This document shows positions 7,514 through 18,149 of a stretch of 19,932 bases of DNA, piece by piece. A model generated the notes under the pieces. It saw only the letters and a program-made list of their open reading frames with translations. It searched no databases and was not told the origin of the DNA. Made by a program: the position numbers and the translations under genes. Position 1 is the first letter of the stretch. Each line of letters opens with the position of its first letter. This DNA comes from Deltaproteobacteria bacterium (GTDB taxonomy: Bacteria; Myxococcota_A; Polyangia; Polyangiales; Houyiibacteriaceae): the NCBI GenBank assembly GCA_034670305.1, contig JAXMNT010000080.1, forward strand, positions 1 through 19,932. The letters are read 5' to 3'.

Positions 7514-8026
7514 TCATGGGCGCATCCACGAGCGTGAGGGATGCGCGCGATGGGCGCCCAGCATGGGCAGTGGATCGGTCGCTGCGAGCAGGAGCACAAG
7601 CGGCCGCACTTCGAAATGGAGGTGCGGCCGTGTGGTGCGCGCGTTGCCTCCGTTGCCCACCGTGCCGAGCTGGGTGGCGGGGCTGACCCAGTCGCCCGCC
7701 GCGAGGCCTGGAGCCCAGGAGTCGAGGTGGGTGTAGTAACAGAGCACGCCCCGGCGGCCGAAGGTCCAGACGGAGCGGCCGCCAAGCGGCGTGGTCCCGA
7801 TCCGCAGCACGATTCCGTGGTGGGCGGCGCGAACGGGCGTGCCCCGTCGCGCGAAGATGTCGGTGCCGGCGTGGGTGCGGCCACCGGAACGAGGCGCGCC
7901 GAAGGTGTCGGTGAGCCGGTTCGCGGCGATGCCATCGACCGGAACGCTCAGGGGTGCGCGGTCGGACTCGAGCACGGTTGCGGCCGCGAGCAGACCGAGA
8001 AGAAGCCACTGGACCATCCGTCGCAC
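7514..8026 (-). CDS. M23 family metallopeptidase, secreted or membrane-anchored
   Basis: HAGTDIF (HxxxD), YYTHL and PHLHFE (HxH) motifs; hydrophobic N-terminus WLLLGLLAAA. Confidence 0.92.
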   Translation of the reverse strand: MRRMVQWLLLGLLAAATVLESDRAPLSVPVDGIAANRLTDTFGAPRSGGRTHAGTDIFARRGTPVRAAHHGIVLRIGTTPLGGRSVWTFGRRGVLCYYTHLDSWAPGLAAGDWVSPATQLGTVGNGGNARTTRPHLHFEVRPLVLLLAATDPLPMLGAHRAHPSRSWMRP

Positions 8027-8096
8027 GAGGGCTCGAACGACCCGAGCCGCGGTGAATAGTCCCCCTCGCCCTTGGTTTCTGGCGAACCGAAGTGTG

Positions 8097-8425
8097 ACCC
8101 CCGACCCCGACCCCCGACCCCGTGTCCCATCAAGCCGGAGCCGACGAAGCGGAGGCCGAAGCCGATGCCGAAGCCGATACCGACGCCGAATCCGAAGCCG
8201 ACGCCGAAGCCGACGCCGAAGCCGATGCCGACGCCGATGCCGATGCCGAATCCGAAGCCGAAGCCGAAGCCGACGCCGAAGCCGAAGCCGACGCCGAAGC
8301 CGAATCCGCTTCCGCTACCGCTCCCGCTCCCGCTACCGCTTCCGCTTCAGCTACCGCTTCCGCTTGCTGCGTCCGTTGCTGCTTCCGTTGCTGCTTCCGT
8401 TGCTGCTTCCGTTGCTGCTTCCGTT
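8097..8425. repeat. Compound intergenic repeat tract: GACCCC, (GCCGAA/GCCGAC/GCCGAT)n, (CCGCTT/CCGCTA)n, (GTTGCTGCTTCC)x4
   Basis: Blocks at 8097..8120, 8132..8304, 8305..8364 and 8375..8422. Confidence 0.95.
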
Positions 8426-8437
8426 CCTCTTGCGGGC

Positions 8438-10891
8438 CTACGGTTCGTAGCAGCCGATCGAGGGGGGGCTTGGGCGCGATCGGCCGGGGAGGTCGAGTGG
8501 GGGGGCGTCTACGGCGCCGGCGCCATCGGGGGCGGAACCGGCGCGAATGCGAAGTGAGGTCGGGCGGTCGTTGAAGACGTCGAGATCGCCGAAGACGTGT
8601 CCGAAGTAGAAGGGGCTGATGGATTCGAGCGAGGGGGCGTCGGTGTGGCGTTCTTCGAACTCGACCGCGTCGATGAAGGCGTCGTGTACGAACAGCGCTG
8701 GGAACGACGACAAGCGCGCCGCCGTGCCCCGGGTGCACATGCCACCGCTGAAGAGGGTGCCGCGGTAGGAGGTGAGGCCGGTGGTGGTGTCGTCGAGACC
8801 GACGCCGAGGTCGCAGACGTCGCCGGCATCGATGCTGTTGTAGACGCTGTCCACCGAAGCGGTGCCGCTCACCCGCATGCCGGTGGAGGTGCGTGTGGGG
8901 TCGTCGGCGCGGCAGTCCAGCCCGCCGCTGATCTCGTTGTTCTCGAGTCGCGCCACGCCGCCTTCGAGGGAGACGCCGATCGACTGGCCCGCGCATCCAC
9001 CTCGGAGGACCGAGCGGTCGAGGAACGAAATGCCGCCCGTGGCTTCGTAGGCGAGCGCTACCGAAGCCGCGCCACTCGATCCGACCAACGTGCTCTCGGT
9101 GATCCCGCAGAGCGATCCGCGATCGCACGACATGGCGGTCGCTCGGGTCGCCGGCGCCGTGGCCCCCGAAACGTTCGCCCAGCCGGTCAGGGTGGATCCG
9201 TGCACCCCGCATTGGCCGCCGAGTTCACATCGCAGGCCCACGATCGACGGCCCGGCGCGGCCACCGGACGCGATGGTGGACTCGAAGAGGACCGCCTGCG
9301 CGTTCGGTCCGGAGACCCGCACAGCCTCTCCTGGGCCCGCGGCGAGATGGGTCACCTGACTGCGGCTCATGATCAACCGGCCGTGCACCAACACCGAGTT
9401 CGTGTCTCCGTCGGTGGCGATGCCAGAGGTTGGGGCGAAGTGCGTGCGGACCGCCACGTGGGTGCCGTCGACCAAGGCACTCAGTCCCGTCCCACACAAC
9501 GCGTAGCCCCGCGTCAGCACCACCGCGCGGGCGTCGGTACGGATCGCGTTCCCGTTGGAGCGCACGATGCTGTCGTGGGGTGCCTGACAGGTGCACCGGT
9601 CGAGGGTGCCGCAGGCGCCGAGCATCTGCACTTCGGCACCGCCCTGCGCGTGCACGCCGTCGGTCCTCCCCGTGATGTGGCTGTCGGCGATGCGGAGGAC
9701 GGATTCGGCAACGGCGATCGAGGCCAAGCCCAGGTTGATCGTGCGCACCGAGATGTTCTCGAATGACACGGGCGTCGCGATGCTCCGCATGCCCTCCACT
9801 TCGATGCCCTGCCGTCCGCCTTCGCTGTGCAGCACGTGCAGGTTCCGAAGGCCGGTCGGCGTGCCGGGTGCGATGGCGCCGCTCGGGTCGAACCGAATCG
9901 AGGCGCCTTCCGGGGCCGCCAAGATGGTTGTGCCACCCGTGCAACGCACGACGGCTCCCGCGTTGAAATACATGTCCCCGTGAATGATGACCCCCGCGGG
10001 AATCGAGGCGGCCGGCGTCTGGAAGTACGTCTCCTCGCACAAGCCCATGTTGTTCTCCGCGAGGAGACAGATCTGTCGCGGCAACAACTCGTCCGCACGG
10101 ATCAGAGCGAGCGCCTCTTCGATCGTCCGCAGCGGGCGGGCGGGGTTGGTCGCCTCGCCCTCCATATCACCCCCTCCGACAAAGACGCATTCGCCCGATT
10201 GCGGCACCCAGTCTTCGTCGATGGACCCGTCGCAGTCGTTGTCGAGCCCGTCTTCCAAATCCACGTCTCCGGCGACGGGCGGCTCGATCGGCTGCCACCG
10301 TCCTGCGGTGCACGCGAACCCGGTGCTGCAGCCTGCGGTCCACTCGAACTCGGTGCCGTCGCCAGCGACGTCTTCGTCGACCGTTCCGTCGCAGTCGTCG
10401 TCGATCCCGTTGCAGAACTCCTCGCTGAGCTCCGATGGATCGCGTCCTTCGCGTGCGCCGATGCACTCGGTCACCGTGTCGTCGACGCAAAGGCGCGCCG
10501 CGCCGAGCCCACACGCGCCCGGCGCGGCGCGGCACGGAATGAGCGCCCGCCGTCCGATGTCCGGATCGAAGTCGTCGCAGTCGAATGGGACTTCGCACCC
10601 CGGTCCGAGTCCGTCGCCGTCTTCGTCGGCTGGCACACACGCGCCCGCCACACACTGTGGCATGCAGTCCGTGTCCGGCAGCGTGGGGTCGCGGACACAG
10701 TCGGCCGCAACCGTGCACAGCCCGGTGTCGCGCATGAACGCGTCCGGGGCATCGATCCCCATACCCCCGTCCGGTCCCGCCGCGTCGACGCCTGCGCCAT
10801 CCACGCCCACCACCGGCGGGTTGAGATCCAACGTCAGGCCACACCCAGCGCCAAGCGCCAAGCCCACCACCCCCACCACCCGCCAAGTCAT
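8438..10891 (-). CDS. Cys/Asp-rich surface lipoprotein with MopE-like putative metal-binding repeats and a probable beta-helix C-terminal region
   Basis: Lipobox-like LGAGC, DAG-type linker, motifs [26 protein letters not shown] and [13 protein letters not shown], then [13 protein letters not shown] followed by small-residue beta-strand repeats. The fold call is inference. Confidence 0.8.
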   Translation of the reverse strand: MTWRVVGVVGLALGAGCGLTLDLNPPVVGVDGAGVDAAGPDGGMGIDAPDAFMRDTGLCTVAADCVRDPTLPDTDCMPQCVAGACVPADEDGDGLGPGCEVPFDCDDFDPDIGRRALIPCRAAPGACGLGAARLCVDDTVTECIGAREGRDPSELSEEFCNGIDDDCDGTVDEDVAGDGTEFEWTAGCSTGFACTAGRWQPIEPPVAGDVDLEDGLDNDCDGSIDEDWVPQSGECVFVGGGDMEGEATNPARPLRTIEEALALIRADELLPRQICLLAENNMGLCEETYFQTPAASIPAGVIIHGDMYFNAGAVVRCTGGTTILAAPEGASIRFDPSGAIAPGTPTGLRNLHVLHSEGGRQGIEVEGMRSIATPVSFENISVRTINLGLASIAVAESVLRIADSHITGRTDGVHAQGGAEVQMLGACGTLDRCTCQAPHDSIVRSNGNAIRTDARAVVLTRGYALCGTGLSALVDGTHVAVRTHFAPTSGIATDGDTNSVLVHGRLIMSRSQVTHLAAGPGEAVRVSGPNAQAVLFESTIASGGRAGPSIVGLRCELGGQCGVHGSTLTGWANVSGATAPATRATAMSCDRGSLCGITESTLVGSSGAASVALAYEATGGISFLDRSVLRGGCAGQSIGVSLEGGVARLENNEISGGLDCRADDPTRTSTGMRVSGTASVDSVYNSIDAGDVCDLGVGLDDTTTGLTSYRGTLFSGGMCTRGTAARLSSFPALFVHDAFIDAVEFEERHTDAPSLESISPFYFGHVFGDLDVFNDRPTSLRIRAGSAPDGAGAVDAPPLDLPGRSRPSPPSIGCYEP

Positions 10892-10987
10892 GTCGCGCAG
10901 GGTAGCGGATCTTTCGAGAACATCCCGATCGACACCCGATCAGGGCGACTGCATCGGCACAAGTCCCGGTGGCGTAGAATGCGTACC

Positions 10988-11233
10988 ATGGACGAAGACA
11001 CCCGGGTTCGGATCGAAGCGGCCGCCTTTCGGCGGCTCGTCTCCCACCTCAGAAACCGCACCGATGTTCAGAACATCGATCTCATGGAGCTCTCGGGGTT
11101 CTGTCGGAACTGCCTGTCGCGCTGGTACGCGGAGGCGGCGGAGGCAGAGGGCGTGCCGCTCGACAAAGCCGAGGCGCGCGAGATCGTGTACGGCATGCCC
11201 TACGACGAGTGGAAGTCGAAACACCAGACCTGA
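10988..11233 (+). CDS. DUF1244 domain protein (81 aa)
   Basis: IEAAAFRRLVSHL..RTDVQNIDLMELSGFCRNCLSRWY..AREIVYGMPYDEWKSKHQT matches the DUF1244 pattern as I recall it. It is the 3' end of ORF 9827..11233. Confidence 0.92.
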   Translation: MDEDTRVRIEAAAFRRLVSHLRNRTDVQNIDLMELSGFCRNCLSRWYAEAAEAEGVPLDKAEAREIVYGMPYDEWKSKHQT

Positions 11234-11307
11234 GGTCGTCGCGCGCCGGTACTGTCGCCCCTGGAACGAGGTTCCGAAAGAGGGCTCGGGTGATCTATCG
11301 TCGGGGC

Positions 11308-11916
11308 ATGCCGATGCCGCGCCTCACGCCCCGAAAGACGCCCCAGCAGGGACGGTCGCGCGCGCTCGTCGACGCCATCTTGGAAGCGTCGCGACGGCTG
11401 CTCGTCGACGTGGGGTTCGAGCAGACCACCATCGCGGAGATCGGAAGGGTTGCGGGCGTCAGCCCTGGCTCGCTCTATCAGTACTTCCCGAGCAAGGAGT
11501 CCGTGCTGACCGCGCTCCACATCTCCGTGCTCGAAGAGCGCGTCGAGTACCTGGCGGAGAATCTTCTCGAGGTACGGGAGTCGCCGCTCGAGGCGGTCGT
11601 GGAGCTCATCGCGGGGGTCTGGATGCGCCTCGAGCGGGACGAGGGCGCACTGCTCCAAACGCTCGAGCAGATCTCGCCAGTGGTGGGCGCCGAGCCCAAG
11701 ATCGAACCCGCGCGTGAGAAGCGCCGACGTCTGCTCGAGTCGTTTCTCGTCACCCGCACCGAACTCGATCCGGAAGGTGCTTCGCGCCGCAGCCTCCTGA
11801 CGTGCGCGACTCTGGACGCCGCGGTGAAGTCCTTGCGCCTCGCCGACCCGGCCACCCTCGACGATCCGGCGGAGCTGGCCCGTTTGGCCGCCGTGGCCAT
11901 GGCGCTGATTCGCTAG
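11308..11916 (+). CDS. TetR/AcrR family transcriptional regulator
   Basis: PRKTPQQGRSRALVDAILEA..GFEQTTIAEIGRVAGVSPGSLYQYFPSKE. Start is ATG 11308 or 11314. Confidence 0.93.
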   Translation: MPMPRLTPRKTPQQGRSRALVDAILEASRRLLVDVGFEQTTIAEIGRVAGVSPGSLYQYFPSKESVLTALHISVLEERVEYLAENLLEVRESPLEAVVELIAGVWMRLERDEGALLQTLEQISPVVGAEPKIEPAREKRRRLLESFLVTRTELDPEGASRRSLLTCATLDAAVKSLRLADPATLDDPAELARLAAVAMALIR

Positions 11917-11948
11917 GCGATGTCCGGCTGTACCACCGGGCGGCCGTA

Positions 11949-14900
11949 GTGGTCCTCGATCTGACGCCGAGCTGGGTGCTCGGCATCGACTGGACTGGGG
12001 CGGCGACCCGGCGTCGTGCCGACGCGGAGCGGTTCTCGTTGCGCCATCCGATCGGTCGCGGCGGCTTCGGAGAAGTGTGGCGCGCTGTCTCGAAAGAGGA
12101 CGGCGAGGAGGTCGCGATCAAAGTACTCACACCAGAGCTCGCGCGCGCGCCGGCATTTCACGCCGCGTTCCGCAGAGAGGTGCGGGCGGTGAGTCGGTTG
12201 CATGATCCCCGCATCTTGCGGCTGCTCGACGTGGGCGCCCTCGGACCCGAAGCGGAGGCAGCGACCGACGGCCGCCTGGTCGCGGGCAGTCCGTTCCTCG
12301 CGATGGAACTGCTGTCGGGTGGCTCACTCGCGGAGCACTTGGCCGACCCGTCGTTCGACCGTTCTTTCGATCGCGTCCACCGCATCGTGCGCTCGCTGCT
12401 GGGCGCGCTCGGACACGCGCACGCGCGGGGTGTGCTGCACCTCGACGTCAAACCGGAGAACCTGCTGCGTCGTGGGTCGGGCCCGACATTGGAAGTCGGG
12501 TACGTGTTGACCGACTTCGGCATCGCGTGGGCGCTGGGGGAAGAGCAGCCGATCGGAGAGGGCACGCCGGAGTATGCGCCGCCCGAACAGTTGTCCCGCA
12601 CCGGGGTCGGGGTCGGCCGCTCGGCGGATCTCTACGCGGTGGGATGCATCGCGTTCGAGCTGCTCACGGGCCAGCGACCCTTTGCAGGAAAGGACGCGGT
12701 GATGCGCTCGTTCGACGCCCCCCCGCGTCTCGTCCCAGCGGTCGAGGTGCCGCAAGGGACCGAAGCGTGGGTGCATTCGATGCTGGACTCCCAACCCGCG
12801 CGGCGACCGCAGAACGCCTCGGATGCGGCTCGTTCGTGGTGTGCGCTGGGGCAGGCGTCGACCGAGATTCGCGCATCGGGTGCGCCGCATTCCGTGGGGT
12901 CGCGGGTGGCGCCGATCGCGTTCGGTCTCGGCCTGTGGTCGCTCTCCGAGCCACCCTTCGTCGGTCGGCAAGACGCCCTTGAGTGGCTCGCGGCGCAGAC
13001 CCAGTCCGCATGGCGTGAGTCGGCGGGCACGGTGCTGGAGGTCTTGGGGCCGCCGGGGTCGGGTCGGCGACGGCTGGTGCAGGAGCACTGCGCCCGGCTC
13101 GATGAAGCGGGCGTGGCGCTGGTCGTGGACGCGACGCGTGGGCACTCGATTCGAGCGTCGGTCCGTCGTGCACTGGACGCCCAGGGCATGAGTGCATCCC
13201 GCGTCGAGGCGCACCTGGGACTCCGGCTTGTGGGGACGCGTGGCGACACACGCACCTCGGCGCTTGCGGCATGGTTGACCCACGGCGGCGACGACGTGGC
13301 TGCGCTCCGGATGCTCTCGGAGTTCAAGCCCCTCGTGCTCGTTCTCGATGCGGCGCCCGCCGGCCTGGGGCGGCTCGCCGATCGTCCCGTCGCCATCCTC
13401 CGGACCCGCACTGCGGTTCTCGCAGCCAGCACTGCGATTCCCGAGGCCAGCACTGCGCTTCCCGAGGCCAGAACCGCGATGCCCACTTCCAGAACCGCGC
13501 CGACACCGGTCCCGGGGTTGCGGCATGCGTGCATCGCGCTTGGACCCCTCGAGCCAGAAGCGCGGTCCGAGTTGCTGCGCGACGTGTTGCGACTTGGGCC
13601 CGAGCCCATCCGCGCACTCGACGCGATCCCACTGGTCGGCGACTTGGTTCAGCGCTTGCTGGCGTGGGCGCAATCGGGACGTCTCGCGCGGCGCACTGGG
13701 CGCATCGAATGGGACCCCACGCACGCCGCGCCAGTGGTCGGAGACGACCTGGCCGCGCGCATCCACGGGTTCTCTCTGAGGTCCAATGAAGGAGAGATGC
13801 GCGCGTTCGAAGTGGCCGCGCTTCTGTGTGCGTGCTCGGGGCGGCCGGCGGAACTCGACCTGTGGGTCCGCGCGGCGCACCTCGCGCGGACCGCGCCCTC
13901 GCTCGGGAGCCTGGATCGCCTGGTCACCGAAGGCCTCGGCCAGACCACCCCCAACACCCTGGAGTTTGCCACGGGTGTTCTCGCCGCGTTTCGTGCCCGA
14001 GCCGCGCCACGTGTCCAGGCCATCCACGCAGCGATCGCGCGCGCCCTCGAGGCGTGTGGAGTTTCGTCGGACGGCCAGCGCGGGGAGCGAGGGCACGGCC
14101 ACGTTCGTCGCAGACACACACGCCTCGCCCGACACCAGCTGGCTGCGGGTCAGCCTGGGCGCGCACGGACCCACTTCGTCCTCGCCGCCGAGCAACGCAT
14201 TCGCGCCCTCGACCCGGCCGGTGCCCAGGCCCTCCTGGAAGAGGCTGCCGTGGTGGCGGCGGACGAGGCGGACGAGTGGTCGATTCGCGTCGCGCTGGTG
14301 GCGAGTGCGATCGCGCGCAGTCGAGGCGATCGAGATGGGGCGCGCAGAGAAGCCCAGCGGGCCCACCGCCTGGCCCGGGACAGCGACCTCTACGGCGAGG
14401 CGACGCGCCAGCGCGCGCGCGTGGAGCGCTGGGCGGGGGCACCGGAGGTCGCGCTTCGACTCTTGCTCGAACTCGAGGGGCGGCTGCCCGACGGCGTGGA
14501 TCGGGCGACCCTCAAGCTCGACCAGGCGCGGGTGCTCTTGGAACTCGGCGCGCTCGAGCGTGCGCATGGGATCTTGGAAGCGCTGTGCACCGAGCCGCTT
14601 GGGGTGGAGCAACCGCTGCTCACGCTGCTCCGGGCTCGAGTTCGGCGACTGCAAGGAGACGCGCAGGCCGGGCTGCGGGTTCTGGAGACGGTTCAGGCCA
14701 CGCCCAGCAACGGTCGCGACGTCGCCACGCGTGCAGCGTTGCAGCACGAGGTCGGCGAGATGCGGGTCGAACTGGGTGAGTTCGACTCCGCCGCGGCGGC
14801 GTTTCGATCTGCGCTCGAGACGTTGACCCTGCTCGGCGCGGACTCCGCCCCCGACGCGGAACTCTCACTCGGCCTGGCGCTGGGTAGGGCGGGTGAACTC

Positions 14901-15164
14901 CAACCCGCGTTCGCGCACGTGACGGGGGCCCTCGGCGCCTGGCGCCAGCGCGCGGACGACCGAGCCGACGTCTGGTCGATCGCACTTGCGTGGCTGGCGG
15001 CACTCGGAGACGCCTGGCCTGCGTGCGCACACGCGCTGAGCGTCACCCGTTCGAGCCGCGACGCGCGCTGGCGAAGTCTGTTGGACCAGACCGAAGCGCT
15101 TGGGCGGGCTGCGGAGCGGGTGGAGATCGTTGCAGCGTGCGCGGCGCTTCGCGGCGAGGGGTGA
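11949..15164 (+). CDS. Ser/Thr protein kinase fused to a degenerate P-loop ATPase region and C-terminal TPR-like helices
   Basis: GRGGFGEVW, VAIK, HLDVKPEN, DFG and GTPEYAPPE; then PFVGR, GPPGSGRRRL and LVLVLD; Ala/Leu/Arg-rich helical repeats. Start is uncertain (GTG 11949 or 11976); the ORF-track start at 11802 overlaps the TetR gene. Confidence 0.87.
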   Translation: MVLDLTPSWVLGIDWTGAATRRRADAERFSLRHPIGRGGFGEVWRAVSKEDGEEVAIKVLTPELARAPAFHAAFRREVRAVSRLHDPRILRLLDVGALGPEAEAATDGRLVAGSPFLAMELLSGGSLAEHLADPSFDRSFDRVHRIVRSLLGALGHAHARGVLHLDVKPENLLRRGSGPTLEVGYVLTDFGIAWALGEEQPIGEGTPEYAPPEQLSRTGVGVGRSADLYAVGCIAFELLTGQRPFAGKDAVMRSFDAPPRLVPAVEVPQGTEAWVHSMLDSQPARRPQNASDAARSWCALGQASTEIRASGAPHSVGSRVAPIAFGLGLWSLSEPPFVGRQDALEWLAAQTQSAWRESAGTVLEVLGPPGSGRRRLVQEHCARLDEAGVALVVDATRGHSIRASVRRALDAQGMSASRVEAHLGLRLVGTRGDTRTSALAAWLTHGGDDVAALRMLSEFKPLVLVLDAAPAGLGRLADRPVAILRTRTAVLAASTAIPEASTALPEARTAMPTSRTAPTPVPGLRHACIALGPLEPEARSELLRDVLRLGPEPIRALDAIPLVGDLVQRLLAWAQSGRLARRTGRIEWDPTHAAPVVGDDLAARIHGFSLRSNEGEMRAFEVAALLCACSGRPAELDLWVRAAHLARTAPSLGSLDRLVTEGLGQTTPNTLEFATGVLAAFRARAAPRVQAIHAAIARALEACGVSSDGQRGERGHGHVRRRHTRLARHQLAAGQPGRARTHFVLAAEQRIRALDPAGAQALLEEAAVVAADEADEWSIRVALVASAIARSRGDRDGARREAQRAHRLARDSDLYGEATRQRARVERWAGAPEVALRLLLELEGRLPDGVDRATLKLDQARVLLELGALERAHGILEALCTEPLGVEQPLLTLLRARVRRLQGDAQAGLRVLETVQATPSNGRDVATRAALQHEVGEMRVELGEFDSAAAAFRSALETLTLLGADSAPDAELSLGLALGRAGELQPAFAHVTGALGAWRQRADDRADVWSIALAWLAALGDAWPACAHALSVTRSSRDARWRSLLDQTEALGRAAERVEIVAACAALRGEG
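13425..13508 (+). repeat. In-frame degenerate 21-nt repeat x4 in the kinase-ATPase gene
   Basis: GCCAGCACTGCGATTCCCGAG, GCCAGCACTGCGCTTCCCGAG, GCCAGAACCGCGATGCCCACT, TCCAGAACCGCGCCGACACCG (ASTAIPE/ASTALPE/ARTAMPT/SRTAPTP). Confidence 0.8.
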
Positions 15165-15170
15165 GGCCCG

Positions 15171-15417
<247 letters not shown>

Positions 15418-15418
15418 G

Positions 15419-17296
15419 TCAGTCGTTTGGGAACGTGGCGCGGCCGCGGCCGCCTGGGGAGAGCTGGAGCGTTTGGGATTCGGGGGCGCCGGTGCCTTCG
15501 GCGCGGAACTCGAGGTGCACCCGTCCCGCGGCGATCGACTCATCATACAGCGGCGTGCGACGCGCCGGACCGCCGTTGATGCGCACGGTGCCCCAGGGTC
15601 GACTGAACACGCTCAGACGGGCCTGCGCCGGCGCCAAGGTCGACTGCATCGAGTCCTCGGCTTCTGCGGTCTGCATCTGCGCGGTCTGCATCTGCGCGGT
15701 CTGCATCTGCGCGGTCTGCATGCGCGTCTCGCGCAGGACACCGGGAGCGCGCGTGGTCACAGTGGTCTCGGGTGTCTCCGGTGTCTCCTCGGGTGCCTCG
15801 GTGGCCTCCGTGGCTTCGGCGGGTTGTGCCTCGGAGAGTCGGTACTGGAGTTCGATCCGTTCGCGCTCGACGTCGAACGAGACGCGGGTCGGGTCGTGTC
15901 CGCGCAACCGCAGCTCGAGCGTGTGGCGTCCGCTCGGCAGATCGCGGACGAGGGCCGGCGTGGATCCCACCATGCGGCCATCCACCCAGACCTCGGCGCC
16001 GCTTGGCACGCTCTCGATCCTCGCGTCCGCCGACCCCGCGGTAGCGGCGGCCGGGGAGGGCGGCTCCGATGGTTCGCCGGGGCCCATCCACGCCCACGCC
16101 CCGCCGCCCGCCAGCAGCAGAAGCGTGGCGCCGAGGGCCACCCACCGTCCGACGGACCGAGGCTCGGGTCGAGGTTCCGATCGAGGCTCCGATCGATCGG
16201 CCGGGGCGGGCTCGGACTCCGGCGCTGGGGTGGCGAGCTGGGTCGGCTCCATCGCCTCGGGCGTGGTCACGGGCACGACCCCGGAGGGACGCGCGCTGCC
16301 CGGCGAAGAAGTCGAGGTCGGGTCGCGCAATACGGCGGCTTTGCGCACCTGCTCGGCGGCGAAGAGGCTGCTCATCAAGGTCTTTGTCTCGCCGGCGGCA
16401 TCGATGCGGGACCCGTGGGTCTGGATCCAGTCGTTCAGTTCGCGCGCGAGCTGACGCGCGGTGGCATGCCGGTCGTCCGGATCCTTGGCGAGCGCCCGGA
16501 GCACGATCGCCGCCAGCGCTGGGTGGGTGCCGGGCGGTGGAACGATCGGGTCGTTCGCGATGGCCATCAGCACTTCGGTGTCGGTCGGATGATCGAAGAG
16601 CGGCTTGCCCGCGAGCAGCTCCCAGAGGATCGCGCCCAGCGCGAAGATGTCGGTGCGGCGGTCGAGCTTCTTCGCGTAGACCTGCTCGGGCGCCATGTAC
16701 GCGCACTTGCCTTTGATGTGTCCGGTCTCGGTCTTCTTCGCGATGCGACCCTCGGCCCGCGCGATGCCGAAGTCGGTGACCTTCACCTCTCCGCTGTAGG
16801 TCACGAAGATGTTCTGCGGCGACACGTCTCGATGCACGAGGTGCAGCGGACGTCCGTCTTCCCCGGTCGCTTCGTGCGCGTGGTTCAGTCCGAGCGCGGC
16901 GAGTCGCACGAGGTGTGCGGCGAGGGTGGGGTCGAGCGCGCCGGCGCTGTGCCGGACCTGCCCCAGGTGTTCTCCCGCGAGGTACTCCATCGCGAGGAAG
17001 AAGTGTCCGCGCGCCTCGCCGAGCTCGAAGACCTGGGCGACGTTCGGGTGCTGCATCGCGGCGGCGATGCGCGCCTCGTCGAGAAACATCGCGACGAAGT
17101 CGGGCTCCTTCGCGAGGTGCGGATGGATGGTCTTGAGCGCGACGAACTTCTGGAAGCCGCCTGGTCCTTCCCGTTTGGCGACCCACACGCTTCCCATGCC
17201 GCCGTAGCCGACCTCTTCGATCAGCAGGAACTGGCCGAGGTGTTCTCCCGGCGCCAACGCTTCCGCGCGCACCGCCTCCGCGTCCGCAGTACTCAT
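15419..17296 (-). CDS. Membrane Ser/Thr protein kinase with extracytoplasmic PEGA domain(s)
   Basis: [24 protein letters not shown] and [13 protein letters not shown] segment [54 protein letters not shown] 17296 overlaps the upstream gene's TGA (ATGA). Confidence 0.93.
   Translation of the reverse strand: MSTADAEAVRAEALAPGEHLGQFLLIEEVGYGGMGSVWVAKREGPGGFQKFVALKTIHPHLAKEPDFVAMFLDEARIAAAMQHPNVAQVFELGEARGHFFLAMEYLAGEHLGQVRHSAGALDPTLAAHLVRLAALGLNHAHEATGEDGRPLHLVHRDVSPQNIFVTYSGEVKVTDFGIARAEGRIAKKTETGHIKGKCAYMAPEQVYAKKLDRRTDIFALGAILWELLAGKPLFDHPTDTEVLMAIANDPIVPPPGTHPALAAIVLRALAKDPDDRHATARQLARELNDWIQTHGSRIDAAGETKTLMSSLFAAEQVRKAAVLRDPTSTSSPGSARPSGVVPVTTPEAMEPTQLATPAPESEPAPADRSEPRSEPRPEPRSVGRWVALGATLLLLAGGGAWAWMGPGEPSEPPSPAAATAGSADARIESVPSGAEVWVDGRMVGSTPALVRDLPSGRHTLELRLRGHDPTRVSFDVERERIELQYRLSEAQPAEATEATEAPEETPETPETTVTTRAPGVLRETRMQTAQMQTAQMQTAQMQTAEAEDSMQSTLAPAQARLSVFSRPWGTVRINGGPARRTPLYDESIAAGRVHLEFRAEGTGAPESQTLQLSPGGRGRATFPND
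15662..15721 (-). repeat. In-frame 15-nt tandem repeat x4 (MQTAQ) in the PEGA kinase
   Basis: + strand CTGCGCGGTCTGCAT x3 plus one variant copy. Confidence 0.92.
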
Positions 17297-18075
17297 TCGA
17301 GAATGGGCGGTCCGGCGCGGTACTCGTCTCGCGCGGTGGCCAGGAGCACCGCGGTCAGCACCGCGCCGATCACCACGATCGCGACCGAGGTCCAGAGCCA
17401 GGGGCTGCGCGCGACCGATCGCTCCGGTTCGATCGCCAGCGCCTGGACCTGCTCGATCGGGTGCTCGATCGTGCGTTCTTCGACCGCGGTCACGTTGCCG
17501 TGCGCATCCAGCAACTCCGCGACGACGTGGAGCTGAGATTCGTCGTGCCACTCGTCCATCGAGAGCACGAGCGGCCCGACCGGCTGGATCGGATGCTGCG
17601 TGAATGGATGGGTGACCGCGCCCACCGCTTGCGTGCGCACCCGGACACCTTGGCGCAGAGCCTCCGGGCCGTCGGCGCGGATCGCGAGCGTGAGTCCCTG
17701 CGGTGGCGCGAGCCACGAGAAGGTCAACGGCTGCACGCCGCGCGCGTTCTCGAACACTTGCTGCTGTTCCGGCGGCAACTCGGTCGGCGCGCCGAGCGTG
17801 TCGTCGAGCGCCAGAGCGAACTCGAACATCTCGCCCGCGTCGTCCGACCGACCCGTGATCATGCGCAGCACACCGAGGTGCCAGCAAACGCGAGCGAGGT
17901 CCGCTCGGTCGAGTCGGCCGCTGCGAAGCGCGGCCTCGAATGCACCCATCGACTCCGGCAACGCCCCGTCGCGGTAGAGCTCGACCGCGTGGGCGACGAC
18001 GATGCTCTGCGCCTGCACGAACGCGAGCGGCAGCGCTGAAAGCAGGACTGCCAGAGCCAGCGTGCGCTTCAACAT
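17293..18075 (-). CDS. Exported TPR-like protein with C-terminal membrane segment, translationally coupled to the PEGA kinase
   Basis: Signal peptide MLKRTLALAVLLSALPLAFVQA; TPR-like AVELYRDG..CWHLGVL..AGEMFEFALALD..LPP; C-terminal SPWLWTSVAIVVIGAVLTAVLL. TATGAT lies 7 nt before ATG 18075. Confidence 0.8.
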   Translation of the reverse strand: MLKRTLALAVLLSALPLAFVQAQSIVVAHAVELYRDGALPESMGAFEAALRSGRLDRADLARVCWHLGVLRMITGRSDDAGEMFEFALALDDTLGAPTELPPEQQQVFENARGVQPLTFSWLAPPQGLTLAIRADGPEALRQGVRVRTQAVGAVTHPFTQHPIQPVGPLVLSMDEWHDESQLHVVAELLDAHGNVTAVEERTIEHPIEQVQALAIEPERSVARSPWLWTSVAIVVIGAVLTAVLLATARDEYRAGPPILE

Positions 18076-18149
18076 CGGGCGCATCATACCTGGCGCGATA
18101 TGCTCTGCACGCGGAACCTCCGCCACCCCCGCCGAAGCAGTCTTCGAAG

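Noticed and set aside
11263-11275. GGAAC-GAG-GTTCC palindrome upstream of the second TetR
   Set aside because: Only 5-bp arms; it could be an operator but cannot be told apart from chance.
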